A stretch of DNA of 64,000 nt, from assembly GCA_043228905.1 (NCBI GenBank), contig JBHGNT010000001.1, forward strand, positions 12,834,001-12,898,000. Reading direction: 5' to 3'. A model generated the notes under the pieces. It saw nothing but the letters and a program-made list of their open reading frames with translations, ran no database searches and was not told where the DNA came from. Shown here piece by piece: positions 1-12,864 of this stretch. Each line of letters opens with the position of its first letter. The first letter of the stretch is position 1. Source of the DNA: Azolla caroliniana (taxonomy: Eukaryota; Plantae; Polypodiophyta). A program made the position numbers and the translations under genes.

Positions 1-1687
1 ATCGGGTCACGTAATGGTGAAATAGATTAAGTTGCCGAATAGTTGATGATACTGAGTTGACTCGCACACCACTGTGCCAGAATCGACATCCATCTTGAGA
101 TTATGATCAAGAGGGGTGGATACAGGTTTGCATTCAGTCATTCCGAACTTGTAGAGCAAGTTGAGAATGTAGTGCCGTTGAGAGATCATTATTCCGACTC
201 GTGTCCGAATTACTTCAATGCCTAGGAAGTAATGGAGCTCGTGCAAGTCTTTCATTTCGAATCTACCGGAGAGAAGTGATTTGACTTTGTTAATCTCGGA
301 AGATCCTTTCCTCCGATGACCAAATCATCCACATAAAGGATGATGACAATCGAGCTATCCGACTCATTTTGGATGTACAGGGAAGTGTCATATTTTGACA
401 TTCAAAATCTGATCTGATGAAGATATTGCGTGATCTTTCAGTGCCACGCATGGGGTGCTTGTTTGAGGCCGTATAGTGGCTTCTTGAGGTGGCACACGAC
501 GTTCAGATGATTACGCGATTCAAAACCGGGTGGCTTGATCATGTACACCTCCTCTTCCAATTCTCCTTGAAGAAAGGTGTTCTTGACGTCCATCTGGTGG
601 AGGTGCCACCCTTTTGCTGTCGCGATTGCAATTACGGTCCGCACAGTTGTCATCTTTGCCACTGGGGCAAAGGTCTCTTCGTAGTCTACGTCGTGCGTTT
701 GCGTGTATCCTTTCGCAACGAGCCATGCTTTAAAGCGATTTACGGAGCCGTCGACATTGTGTTTCACTTTGTAAATCCATCGACAACCAATCGCTTTCTT
801 GTGCGGCGTGTGAGGAACGAGATCCCATGTCTCGTTTTTGCATAACGCTTGCATTTCCTCATTCAACACATTGACCCATCGTGGATCCTTTACGGCTTCA
901 GAAAGCATCTCCGGCTCCGGCTCCCGTACTAAAGCTACCTTCATCATGAAGGCATAATGGTGCGCCATATAATCGTTGTAGCCAAAACAGCTTATGGGGT
1001 TCTTTTCACGGGTTGATTGGCAGAGTTTCTCGTTTACAGATACTAAGGCTTTCTTTGCTCCATTTATCCAGATGATTTGGATGTTCAGGCCTTCGAACTC
1101 ACTGTCGAGGGAGTGAGTCGATGCGTTGTCGATTGGATCTTCGTATTCAGACATCTTGGCCTTCCCTTTGTCGAGTTTCGGACTTGGTCGAAATGTGCTT
1201 TGCTCACTCGGGGGCTCCCATGGTCCACTAAGCCATGTCGTAATTGGGCGTTCATTGAACATGCGTGTGAGCCGATCTTCGTCTTCTATCTCCATTTCGG
1301 TGGATTCCGGGTTGAGCAGAGTCAGAGTCGAAGTTGTTTCTGGTGCGTACTAGGATGCGGACTCGTTGAAGACTACGTCTCGACTTGTTCGAGCTTTTCA
1401 GGTAGATAGGTTGTAGCATTTGTACCCCTTTTGTTCGAGTGAGTATCCTACGAGGATACATTTCTCCGACTTCGAGTCGAGCTTTTGTCGTGTATCATCG
1501 GGAATATGTACGTAGGTGATAGAGCCGAAAATGCGGACATGTGATAAGTCTGGCTTCTTTCCAAAGAACTTCTCATGAGGAGTTACGTCGTGTACACCTA
1601 AGGTTGTGCACCTATTCTTGAGGTATAAGGCCATGTTCGCCGCTTCTGCCCAGTATGATTTTGCAGGTTCTTCTCATTCATCATAGC
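1..1687 (-). mobile_element. Ty1/copia remnant: integrase C-terminus to reverse transcriptase, degenerate, runs off the window start
   Basis: Minus-strand ORFs 1398-1634 (SHVRIFGS..KLDSKSEKCILVGY), 438-1295 (TWDLV, LHQMDVKNTFLQG, LYGLKQAP) and 7-255 (MKDLHELHYFLGIEV). Homology stops abruptly at about 1687 (AMMNEKNL..YWAEA). Confidence 0.93.
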
Positions 1688-2073
1688 TTTTTCATCACCT
1701 TGGTAATTTGAGCCATATTGATTGTTTCTATTGTTCATTGCACAATATAACATCGTTTTTGAAGTGTGGGCAATTAGATAGAGTCACCCTTTGAAACTCA
1801 ATAAATATAAGTGATGTGCATGTATATCTCAATGTTATCTATTTTTGGGCAAGGAAGAACATGTCAAGGCATGATGTAACACGATGGTGAATAACACTTA
1901 CATCAATGTGTTACTCATGGATAAATATTGGATACACATTTTTTGGTGATATAAAATCATTGTTCCTCTATCGATTCTCTTTTAGTAATTCCTAGTTATA
2001 TATTGCAAGTTATATGTATCTAAGTTGATATTTAGACAGAACATCAAGGTTGCCGAAATTGTGAATTTCTAAG

Positions 2074-2169
2074 CTTTGCATTCTTTATACTCTTCAATGG
2101 GGTGCTTCGACGTTTCATGCAAGTCATATGGTTGGCATGATGGCTGCAGTGCTAGTTTCCATGGTTGAG
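2074..2169 (+). pseudogene. Isolated exon fragment of a nucleobase-ascorbate transporter (NAT) gene
   Basis: Translates as LCILYTLQWGASTFHASHMVGMMAAVLVSMVE, followed by a GT donor at 2170. Resembles the plant NAT motif IPYPLQWGAPxFDAGHAFAMMAAVLVSLIE. Neighbouring exons were not found. Confidence 0.8.
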
Positions 2170-2779
2170 GTAAATTTGTCATGTTTAAGTATGTTACTAA
2201 TACAAGAGGCATAATTGAAACTCTATTTTGGTTTTATTTGTTGTGAATTGGATACATGAATTCCCACAATGTGTTTTCATTATGTAACAGTTAATTTGTC
2301 AAGACCAAACCTATCTTTGATCAATATTGTTGTTGAGACCAAACCTTTTAGATTAGATGTTCTTGAATCTAAACCTTTGTGGGTTCCATAGCTTACTTGC
2401 TATGTTTCTTTCGTAGAGAGATTAAGGGCTATGGCTATGGAAGAGATGCTTAAAGGTTAAAAGAATTGTGTGTGGTTGCATTGTAGGAACTTAAGGACTT
2501 AAATGTTGAAGTTTTCTTAGAGAAAAACTCGGTATGTGTTTGTTTTGGCATTGTAGCAACTTCATGTAGTGAAGTTCTTTCTCAAGTTGAATGTTGTGAA
2601 TTATTCTTGCACATCACATGGTATATTCTTGTTATGATATATCTTCTGTTAGATATATCATTTTTCACTTCCATGAAACCATGATATATGCAATGTTACA
2701 TAGGCATGTCAAAGAAGATGGCATTGAAGGTGATCCTATTCTTTGAATGAAGGTGGTGTGAAGACGCACATACTCTCCA

Positions 2780-3440
2780 CGCTCACATACATGAAAATAT
2801 ACATACAAACAAGCAAACATACATTCATACACACACACACACACACAACAAACACATTCTAAACAAAAGAAATGTAGAAAAGAAAAACAAAAAGTACAAA
2901 AATGAAGAACAAAATAAATAAATACTTGTTAAAAATAGTAAAAACAAAAAATAAACACATTGCAAAATGATTGTATGTGAGTGATGCTAATAGTGATGAG
3001 TTTTGGCATCACTACCAACCTATTTTATTGTGACATGTATAGAATACACATTCACATAGATCTAACATGCACATATATAGAACACATATATACATACATA
3101 CATAGACACACTGAACATAGACACATGGCATAATACAATACATACAACACGTGCAATACAATACAATACATACATACATACATAAACATGGAATACAATA
3201 TAGTACATGTATACATACACATGCAATACAATACAATACAATACAATACATAAACATGGAATACAACACAATACATACATACATACACATGCAATACAAT
3301 ACAATACATAGACATGGAATACAACACAATACATACACACACATAACATATACATACATACATACAACCATGCATAAAATATGCCCAACTCATTCAAATA
3401 ATACAATGCAAATTGATATACATCTATAGGATATACATGC
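2780..3440. repeat. Low-complexity (ATAC/CA/ATACA)n compound microsatellite arm
   Basis: Degenerate ATAC/CAATA repeats; the reverse-complement counterpart of the TATG/GT tracts at 13080-13370 and 17317-19380. Confidence 0.9.
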
Positions 3441-3582
3441 ATTTTTCTATGTAAGGGTATTTAAAATAGTTGTTGTCAAAATATATATTGACAATAAGGG
3501 GTATTTTTATTAACTGTTTTTTTACAAAAGGGTTCTAAAATAGTGAAAAAACATATGTATAAGGGGTTTATAAAAGATATCT

Positions 3583-3628
3583 TGAACGCACGTGATACAA
3601 CCTCTTTAAATATAGTGGAGCCCCCGGG
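3583..3628. mobile_element. One terminus of a CCCG-ended DNA element (46-bp degenerate terminal repeat)
   Basis: TGAACgCACGTG...AGTGgAGCCCcCGGG, with the same length and spacing as 19576-19621. Followed by GTTGAC|AT, an 8-bp TSD interrupted by the copia element. Confidence 0.75.
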
Positions 3629-3634
3629 GTTGAC

Positions 3635-6600
3635 TGTCGAATACATGTGTATAATGGACGTATTCACACTATCCCGTTTTGGCCATTTATGTAATTAGCA
3701 TAAAGGGTAGTTGCCCTAAGTCGGTCACTATATATAGTGACCTTGTAACCTTTTTGTAAGGTTGGATGTTGTATTATTGCTTTATGGAATAAAGAGTCTT
3801 TTGTGTCTCTCTCTCTCTCTCTCTCTCTGTGCAACGACCTACAATCTCTCATACGCAGGTACTCAGATGAATCGAATGCTTCTTGATCTTCCGCATTGAC
3901 GACCTTGTCCCTAACATCTGGTATCAGAGCCTGCACAGTAGTCGGTCCTTCAATCCGCTGTCGGCCGTCGTCTCTGCGTTCGGTTTCCTGCGTCATTCGA
4001 AGAAGAGAGAAGAAGAAGAAAAACCAGGTTTGCATCTCATTGCGTTAGATCATCTTTGCTTGGAGTAAGCCAGCAGGTTGTACTCCGTTCCTTGTGATCG
4101 TAACCGCTCGAGGTGAAATCCCCCTGTGCAACATTGACACGATCGTGCTCCATTCGGTTTAACGGCATCCGAAGAGGTAATCAAACGCCGCTCGTTGTAA
4201 CCACTCGGTGCAGATCGGTCTCAAGACAACAACCCCAAATTCGTGCTTCATCTGGCTGATCGACATTCGAGAGGATCAGTTGGATCCGTCTCTCTCGTCG
4301 CTGCAGTCAACCGAAGCAGAATCGGTCCAGATAATCGGTTTCAATAATCGGTATTCGGCATATATATCCGAAGCGAACCGGGCTCACTCCGACTCGGCAA
4401 CATTCGGGAAGACCAGTCGGTTCTGTCCCTCAAGCTACCGGAGTCAACTCGAGCAAGTTCCGAAGCCGAACCGACTCGGGTTCAAATCTGACTAGAACGA
4501 TATCGGGTGAGCCAACCGGCTGCACTCCAACAAGGTTCGTAGTCAACTCCGAACCGAGCTCCGTCAACCGAAACCAAATTTGATGGCATCAACATCCGGC
4601 TCGTCAGAAATGAGTCTACGCAAGTTCGATGGATCGAACTTCAACTTCTGGAAGGAACAAATGCAGGACTATCTCATAGTCAAGGGGCAAATCGATCCCA
4701 TCGAAAATGAAGAACCTCCAGAAGGATACAAACCAATTGAGTGGCAAAAGCTGGACAGAATCGTCCGCGCCACGATTCGGATGCACCTATCGGAATCGGT
4801 ATACTTTACGGTGCAATCGTGTACGACAGCATTCGAACTGTGGAAAACACTGTCGGACACTTATGAAAAGAAGGTCGCCGCAACGAAGATGTTTCTGATC
4901 CGGCGCCTCTACAACTTGCGGATGAAAGAATCCGATTCGGTCCAAGCACACCTCAATGAGTACGAAAGCATAAGCTCCCAAATCTCGTCACAGGGGACGG
5001 CAATCGAGGATGAACTCAGAGCAATGATACTCATGAGCAGCCTTCCCTCATCATGGGAAACTTTCGTCACAACCGTGTGCAACGCGTCAACCACGGCTGT
5101 TAAATACTCCGAAGTCACGAGCGCAATCCTGACCGAAGCAGCTCGGAGAAAGTCTTTCGCCAAAGACTCAACAGACGACGCCTATGTAGTACAAGGTTCG
5201 ACAGACCGATCGAACATACGAGGAAGAGATTCCTCACGGCCGCCGAACAATCAGCGAAGACGGAGCCAGTCACGGGATAACCGAATCTGCAACTATTGCA
5301 AGAAACCCGGACACATCAAAGCCGACTGCCGCGCACTCAAGAACAAGAACAACAAGAAGAGTGGCCGGCATGAGGAGATCAATTACGTCAGCTTCTCGGC
5401 TGATGTACTACCGGACGACCCGAATATACTATCAATCGAAAATCCAGTCGGATCCGAAGTTCTGCTCACGACTGAAGAATCGAGCACATGGCTCTTGGAT
5501 TCGGGCGCGTCATTTCACGTGACTCCTCATAGATCCCAATTTCGGCAATATACGGTCCGTCACTCCGACTCAGTTCGAGTCGGCAACTCACAACACTGTG
5601 ACATCATCGGAATCGGCACAGTAGAGCTCAACCTTGCAGGTGGCTCTACACTTGTACTCCACAATGTCTGACATGTACCCGAGCTCTCAAGGCCATTGAT
5701 CTCAGTCGGACAACTAGATGAAGACGGCATTCGTGCCGGTTTTTCTACGGGAGGGTGGACACTCCACAGGGGGAACCTCCTGCTTGCTAGAGGACCCAAG
5801 ATACACTCCCTGTATCCGTTACATGTTACGCTCAGAGAGGGTAACCTGTTTTTGGTGGATATTCCTGTGTCATCACTATGGCACCGGAGATTAGGACACC
5901 TCAGCAAGGCCGGCATCACGCATCTATCTAGAGCCGGATACATCCCCAAACTCTCCTTCTCCGACCATCAATTCTGCGAGCATTGCCAGTATGGCAAACA
6001 AGCAGCCGTATCACACCCGACATCAGCACCAAGAGAAACGAGACCTCTCGATTTGGTCCACTCGGACGTCTGTGGCCCAATGCCGCATCAGTCTCTTGGC
6101 GGTGCCTCTTACTTCGTCAGTTTTATTGACGATTCGACTCGAAAGGTGTGGGCTTATCCAATTCGCACCAAAGATCGTGTCTTCTCGATCTTCTCCGATT
6201 GGCTCGCTATGGTAGAAAATCAAACCGACCGAAAGCTGAAATGCCTTCGGACCGACAATGGGGGAGAGTTTAAATCCGAAGAATTCGTCAAATTCTGCCG
6301 ACAACGCGGCATCCGACGTGAATTTACGGCACCACACAGCCCGGAGCAAAACGGGATTGCCGAACGCATGAATCGGACAATCCAAGAACGGATAGTTTCC
6401 ATGCTCCAACACTCCGGACTGTCGGATGGCTTCTGGGCAGAGGCTCTACTCACGGCAGTACACATAATCAATATGTCGCCAAGCAGACCTCTAGGACTTC
6501 AAATTCCTCAGGAACTATGGATCGGCAGTAAGCCGAATTACGACAAGCTGAGGATCTTCGGATGCGAGGCGTACGCCCTTATTCCGAAAGATGATCGCCG

Positions 6601-9069
6601 AAAACTTGCACCTCGGTCCAGGAAATGCATTTTCCTTGGATATGGATCCGACGGCGAAATGGGATACCGACTCTGGGACCCCGAACGCAGACAAATCGTT
6701 CGAAGTTCGGACGTTGTGTTCAACGAGTCGGCTATGACTCCATCAGTCGAAAAACCGATCGAAGTCCGAAGGGTAACATTTTCCGATGTGCCGACCCTTC
6801 AAGAAGGCCCCGCTCACAACACACGGTCAGCTTCACGGGTAGCTGAACCTTACACTACCGACTCGGACAACTCTGACTCGGCACAGCCGAATGATTCGGT
6901 TTCGGACCATCCGACCTCGATACCCGATGCGACCAGTCCAATCATACCTCGACGATCCGAGAGACTGTCGCAACCTCCGGAGAGGTATTCTCCTGGAATT
7001 TTCTTCACCGACGCCGGCGAACCGACGTCTTACGAAGAAGCATCGACATCTGTCGATTCAGCCACCTGGCATCTGGCGATGGAGTCGGAAATGCACTCCA
7101 TTCGGGCAAACAAGACTTGGGATCTGGTCGAATTACCTAGGAACCGACGTGCTCTTCCTTGCAAGTGGGTTTATCGACTAAAAGAGACGTCTGATTCGAC
7201 CACCCCAAAGTACAAGGCCAGATTAGTTGCGAAGGGCTTCCGACAAGAATATGGCGTCGACTTCGACGAGATTTTTTCACCAGTGGTGAAAATGACAACC
7301 CTTCGTTTTCTACTCGGCGTAGTGGCAGCCGACAACTTGGAGCTGATTCAGCTAGATGTCAAAACAGCCTTCCTCCATGGTGATCTCGAGGAGGAAATTT
7401 ATATGGAGCAGCCAAAAGGCTTCGTGGCAACTGGCCAAGAACATCTAGTCTGCCGACTCAGGAAGAGTCTATACGGCCTCAAACAGGCACCACGACAATG
7501 GTACAAGAAGTTCGACGACTTCATCCAATCGATCGGCTTCTCCAAAAGCGATGAGGACCATTGTCTCTTCACCAACACAGCTCAAGATGGATCACCCATC
7601 TTCCTCATCATTTACGTGGACGACATGCTAATTTCTGGACGCCACGCGGGCGAACTTGCCGATCTCGTTCGGCAACTGCGGTTGAAGTTTGCCATGAAGG
7701 ACCTCGGTCCGGCACGACACATCCTTGGCATGAAGATTAGTCGGCATCGCGATAAACGACATCTTTTTTTGTCTCAGACCGACTATATCGGACGTGTCTT
7801 GGAACGCTTCAACATGCAATCAGCCAAATCTGCTTCAACCCCGCTCCCCATGAATCTTCGGCTCTCTCAGCGAGACTGCCCGACATCCGGTTCGGAGGGG
7901 GAAGATATGAAGTCGGTACCGTATGCACCGGCAGTCGGCTCCCTTATGTACCTGATGGTCGCGACACGGCCTGATATTTCTCACGCCGTAGGAGTCGTTA
8001 GCAGATTTATGCACAATCCTGGCCGATCGCATTGGAACGCAGTCAAGCATGTGTTCAGATATCTGGCTGGCACAAAAGACCACGGCATTCTTTTCGGTCC
8101 GAACCGAACCTCAGGCGTAGTCGGTTACACCGACTCGGATTTCGCCGGCTGTATAGACAGTCGGAAATCAACAACCGGATACTGCTTCAAATTCGGCAAT
8201 GGAGCAATCTCGTGGAAGTCGAAACTTCAGGAGTGCACAGCGACCTCAACGACCGAAGCAGAATATGTAGCTGCGTCCGACGCAGCAAAAGAAGCTTTGT
8301 GGCTCGGTCGGCTGGCGCACACGTTTTGACAAGTCGACCATGACTCGGCTCCAGTTGTCTACAGCGACAGTCAAGGTGCTGTTGCCTTGTCGAAAAATCC
8401 GGTTCACCACAACGCCTCCAAACATATCGACGTTCGATATCACTTCGTTCGGGACTGCGTCATTTCAGGGAAAATCGGTCTAGAGAAAATATCCACAACC
8501 GACAATGTCGCAGATGGAATGACCAAGTGTCTTTCGGCAGACCGTTTTCGGTCTCTTCGGCATCAGATGGGCGTAACGACAAACCAGTCCGGTTAGAGCC
8601 GGACACAGAGCAGGATGGTTCCCGACAACCGACATCAGTTGCTTAATGATCGGCTTCAACTGTTCCGACCCGACCAGTTCGGTCTTCTGCCTTCGGACCC
8701 TGCCGACTCGAACAAAGCTGATATGTCCGAGAACCTAAGTCTATACCTGTAATCTAAGATAACCCATGTATACGCCCATTACGGGGGAGTGTCGAATACA
8801 TGTGTATAATGGACGTATTCACACTATCCCGTTTTGGCCATTTATGTAATTAGCATAAAGGGTAGTTGCCCTAAGTCGGTCACTATATATAGTGACCTTG
8901 TAACCTTTTTGTAAGGTTGGATGTTGTATTATTGCTTTATGGAATAAAGAGTCTTTTGTGTCTCTCTCTCTCTCTCTCTCTGTGCAACGACCTACAATCT
9001 CTCATACGCAGGTACTCAGATGAATCGAATGCTTCTTGATCTTCCGCATTGACGACCTTGTCCCCAACA
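3635..9069 (+). mobile_element. Full-length Ty1/copia LTR retrotransposon (Tnt1/Tork-like), young but with two nonsense mutations
   Basis: LTRs 3635-3916 and 8790-9069 (TG..CA) differ only by one visible substitution and one TC unit. TSD TTGAC at 3630-3634 and 9070-9074. PBS TGGTATCAGAGC (tRNA-iMet) 3919-3930. PPT 8781-8789. Confidence 0.97.
4580..8596 (+). pseudogene. Copia gag-pol polyprotein (Gag CCHC, PR, INT, RT, RNase H) broken by two in-frame TGA stops
   Basis: CNYCKKPGHIKADC, WLLDSGAS, LVHSDVCGP / RTDNGGEF / NGIAER, YVDDML, YTDSDFAG, KHIDVRYHFVR. All three ORFs are in one frame, separated by TGA at 5669-5671 and 8327-8329. Confidence 0.95.
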
Positions 9070-9261
9070 TTGACATCATGTATTGCACAATTTCAACATT
9101 ATCCAAATGGTTCGGATTGTGGCTTTTATGTGATGAAGACTTTACAGATGTTGGTCGAGGAGTTCTTACGAGGATGGATATCTCCGACGTTTGTAAGTGT
9201 GATTGCAAATGGATGTATCATGTGGATTTTGTATAGTTGTGTTCTTATACATATTTGGTGA
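9070..9261 (+). pseudogene. C-terminal half of a Ulp1/C48 SUMO-protease domain (catalytic Cys)
   Basis: Reads TSCIAQFQHYPNGSDCGFYVMK, matching the Q-x-N-x-x-DCG-x-Y-V motif of C48 peptidases. Confidence 0.75.
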
Positions 9262-9619
9262 TAGGGCACAGAGATGTGTTCACCAAATTTGAAGTGGATT
9301 TATTTTGGATTCAACTCGAAGGGTGGGCACAAAGGGTACTAGGATTTCCAACTACGACCGATGGCCCCATATTGTAAATTTTGTAAAGCTGCCATGGCCA
9401 TGGAAATTTTGTATACAGTGGATATTATAAATATGGTCATATAATTTGTATCCGAGAGGATATTGTAAATGTGGTCTTACATTTTGTAAATGACGGAATT
9501 TGTAATTATGGTCAACTTTTGGTGTACGACATATTTTTATATGGCGAAAAGACGACTCATTCATTGTATATCGAAAATACTTATTAATGGAAAAGTTACC
9601 AAAACTTTTGTTTTAGAAA

Positions 9620-9900
9620 AGGTTGTTTATCTCAAGTGTTTGTTTAGTGTCTTTTATCTCAAGTGTTTATCCGTTGTCTTTGATTCATAGTTTGATAAAC
9701 GTTGAGTGTCTTTTATCTCAAGTGTTTATCTGTTGTCTTTAAGTCATAGTTTAAGTGTTATTTATGTGAATTGTTTATCTCTTGCCTTTGATTCATAGTT
9801 TGAGTGTTTTTTTATCTCAAGTGTCTTTGATTCATAGTTTTAGATGTCTTTTAATCGGAACTCTCGTGTTTTTTATTCAAAGATCTGTTGTTTTGGACTC
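9620..9900. repeat. Degenerate tandem repeat with TTTATCTCAAGTGT and TTTGATTCATAGTTT units
   Basis: Several visible imperfect copies downstream of the Ulp1 fragment. Confidence 0.75.
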
Positions 9901-9960
9901 ATAATGTGATTGTTTTTTATTTACATATCAGTTGTTTTTTGTGTTTGCTATTTTTTAAGT

Positions 9961-10260
9961 CGGTCACCAAACCTATATTAATTAGTTCATCCAATTGTTT
10001 TAAATAAGGTCACCCAACCTTTTTTAACATGTTGGCCCAACCTATTAATCAAGTGGCCCAACCTATGAATCAGGTCACCCAACCTATTAATAAGGTCACC
10101 TAGGACCTATTAATCAGGTTGCCCAACCTGATTAATGGGGTCATCCTTTCTATTATAAGGTCTCCCAACATATTAATCAGGTCACCCAACCTATATTAAT
10201 CAAGTCGCCCAATTTTTTTTTCATAAGGTCACCCAACTTATTAATCAGGTCGCCCAACCA
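9961..10260 (+). repeat. Cluster of GGTYRCCCAACC motif repeats at about 20-24 bp spacing
   Basis: About a dozen copies, e.g. GGTCACCCAACC and GGTTGCCCAACC. The same motif lies on the minus strand at 21999-22190. Confidence 0.85.
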
Positions 10261-10874
10261 AATTTTAAGAAATGGCCAAAAGAATAGTCATATTAATGTG
10301 TTTTTAATCACACAGTTTGAGTTAGTATAATCCCTAAACCCTCGTTTTAATAAAAACTAATTCATCCTCCAATTAATAAGATTCACATCTTATTCATATT
10401 TTCATAGAGGCAACTTTGATTCATACTCCAATTAATTGCATCTAATTCTGAAATTTTCAATTAATCACATCCTACTATCTGATTAATCACATCAAGATTT
10501 AGAAGTTCACTATGATGAATCCAAATGACCATGATTTTATCACCTCATTGTATGATTCTGAGGATGGTTATGCGTCATCATACTCCACAACTATTGACGA
10601 AAAGTTGGACTCATCTACGTCCAACGAAGTGTTGGCGTCGCCTACATCTGACAAAGACTGTGAGTTGACTTCATCCGAACGGGAGGAGGAGGTTGATCCC
10701 TTCATCTATTGTTTGGCCAGGTCCTGGTATTTTTCTTTCACAAGAGGTATGTATGATTTGATGCTTAAAGATTTATCGGGTCAAGTTAAGGTAATGTTTG
10801 AAACATTAAGCGTCATCGCAAGGGGTGCACCTCTCAATCTCCATGCATGGAGGCGCATGAAGAGTCGTCTCATG

Positions 10875-11068
10875 TGTTGAGAGTCAAACTCAATTTCCCA
10901 TAGAGATAGGTTTCACACTAGCTCATAGACATACCAGGCTAGTCTTGTAAATAGTAGAAAGGGCCCTTGCCCTAGTTTAGTTGGTATTTAAACCAACCCC
11001 TTGTAACTTAGTTACTATTGGAAGTATTTTGGTTAATGTAACATACAGTCTTTGATCTCTGTCTTAAG

Positions 11069-11105
<37 letters not shown>

Positions 11106-11106
11106 G

Positions 11107-11141
<35 letters not shown>

Positions 11142-12517
11142 TATCTTCTGTTGCATTACACAACCAACTCCATTTATTTACATGGTATCAGAGCGTGTGG
11201 TTGCTTAATCGAATCTATTCAACTGTGTTGTGATACACGCCGAAGATCAACAGAATCGGCTCATCAACAGAGAAGAAATCAACATAATGAACACTCAGAT
11301 GGGAAGCGCTCTTCCTTCCGAGAAGCTTGACAGAACGAACTTCACATCTTGGGAATACAAGATGCATCAATACCTTGTCAGACAAGGTTATTGGAGCTAC
11401 ATTGAAGGAGCTCACGAAACTCAACCCAACCCAACACACGCCGACTATCCCGCTTGGGAGCAAGCCACAAGTCGTGTGTTGTATTGCCTATATTCGAGAT
11501 CATATGGTTGGCTATATTCGAGATTCGAAAACGCCGCGAGAAGCTTGGGGAAACCTCAAGAAGATTTTTGCGGCCAACATGGCTGCACGAAAGCTCCAGC
11601 TTCGATAGGAGCTAAACAACATGCAACAGAGGGACATGTGAATCAAAGGCTATACCTTAAAGATCAAGGAGATGTGAGATGCCCTCAGATCGATTAATGT
11701 CATAATCGACGATGACGAGATGGTGCAAATATGCCTCGGTGGCTTAGCACCCCGATTTGGCTCGATTAGATCGATCATCCTTGCAAGGGAGAACCCTCCT
11801 TCATTTTTCGATCTCCAATCAATATTGTTGGTTGAGGAAAATCATGCCTCACAAAGGAGCAACGCACTAGAGGGTCATATGCTCTACTCCCAGTCAGATG
11901 ATAGAAGAAATTGCGGTCGTGGAAGTAGAGGTCGATTCAAACAAGGCCGTAATGGTCGACAGACTCAAGAGCGTAATTCCCACCAATGGCAAGCAGATAG
12001 GAACAATCCTCGAGAGTTCGGCAGAAGGGGGAGTCATCACGCCGGACCAAGCAATTGTAATACCCTGATCGAATGCGGGTATTGTGGAAAACACGGCCAC
12101 TATGAAGAGGAGTGCCATAAAAAGGTACGAGACTCAGCTTCAACTAGCTGACAGTTCACGAACTACACATCAAATTCCGACTACGACAATCGTTGCAAAA
12201 TGTTTACAAATTACGCCACGAATTCCAACTACGGTGACCATGGCGGAATGTTCATAATGAGGCACGAAGCACACTCGATGTCAGCACATGCCTCAACTAG
12301 TGCCTCCGCCTCTAATAACGTATGGTTTGTTGACTCAGGAGCATCCAACCACATGACGTCACATGAAGATTGGTTTCGAGAATTATGAAAACCCGAACGA
12401 CCCGAATATGTCGAGACAGGAGATAACACGACTCATCCAATATAGCATATTGGGAATGTCCCATTCGGAAACAATGGCAAAAAAACCTATCTCTAGAACG
12501 TATTGCATGTCCCTACC
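10875..12517 (+). mobile_element. 5' half of a Ty1/copia element: LTR, PBS, degenerate gag and protease, truncated
   Basis: LTR 10875-11182 (TG..CA, contains GT/CA microsatellite). PBS TGGTATCAGAGC 11183-11194. gag MNTQMGSALPSEKLD, CGYCGKHGHYEEEC; PR WFVDSGAS. Ends abruptly after NVLHVPT. Confidence 0.92.
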
Positions 12518-12864
12518 AACGATCTGACGATTGTCTGCAGAGAAGGCAACGCTCAGAACGTCTTTAGAGTGTCTAGTGAATCGACGGTTTGTGGCACCGG
12601 AGTAGAGATCCCACAGATGAAGCTCTCCATCCCAGCTCCCTGATACTGATAGAGCAAACTTCCTATCGGAAGAGATGGCAACATCTTATATGAAGTGACC
12701 ATGACCTGTGAGGCATTTCTTCGTATTGCCATAATTTTCGTCTCGGGTGAGGGACCACACAACAAGAAACTTGTCTCGAGAAGCAGAGACAATCATGTAC
12801 CCATCGATGATGGGGCAAGAAATGGAGGTAAGCCAATTGTTGTGGCCGCTGAGTTTTCCACCAT
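12518..12864 (-). pseudogene. RACK1: RACK1 (WD40 ribosome-associated scaffold) 5' fragment, pseudogenised
   Basis: Manual translation: [109 protein letters not shown]. Unmistakable RACK1 WD1-WD3. ATG at 12864, one stop, and a deletion/frameshift after the start. Confidence 0.93.

Noticed and set aside
1700-1705. TTGGTA / TACCAA (12514-12519) inverted microhomology at the inversion breakpoints
   Set aside because: Only 6 bp, offset from the homology end at about 1687, and it cannot explain the missing copia segment.
3012-3442. Cys/Val/Tyr/Met-rich ORFs here and at 13029-13423 and 17335-19170
   Set aside because: Translation artefacts of TATG/CA microsatellite DNA.
5669-5671. Programmed stop-codon readthrough in the copia element
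   Set aside because: The stop lies within the protease region and lacks the CARYYA context; a second similar TGA indicates mutation.
9961-10260. Regularly spaced repeats that could suggest a CRISPR-like array
   Set aside because: Units are about 12 bp with short, similar spacers, in a eukaryotic transposon context with no cas genes.
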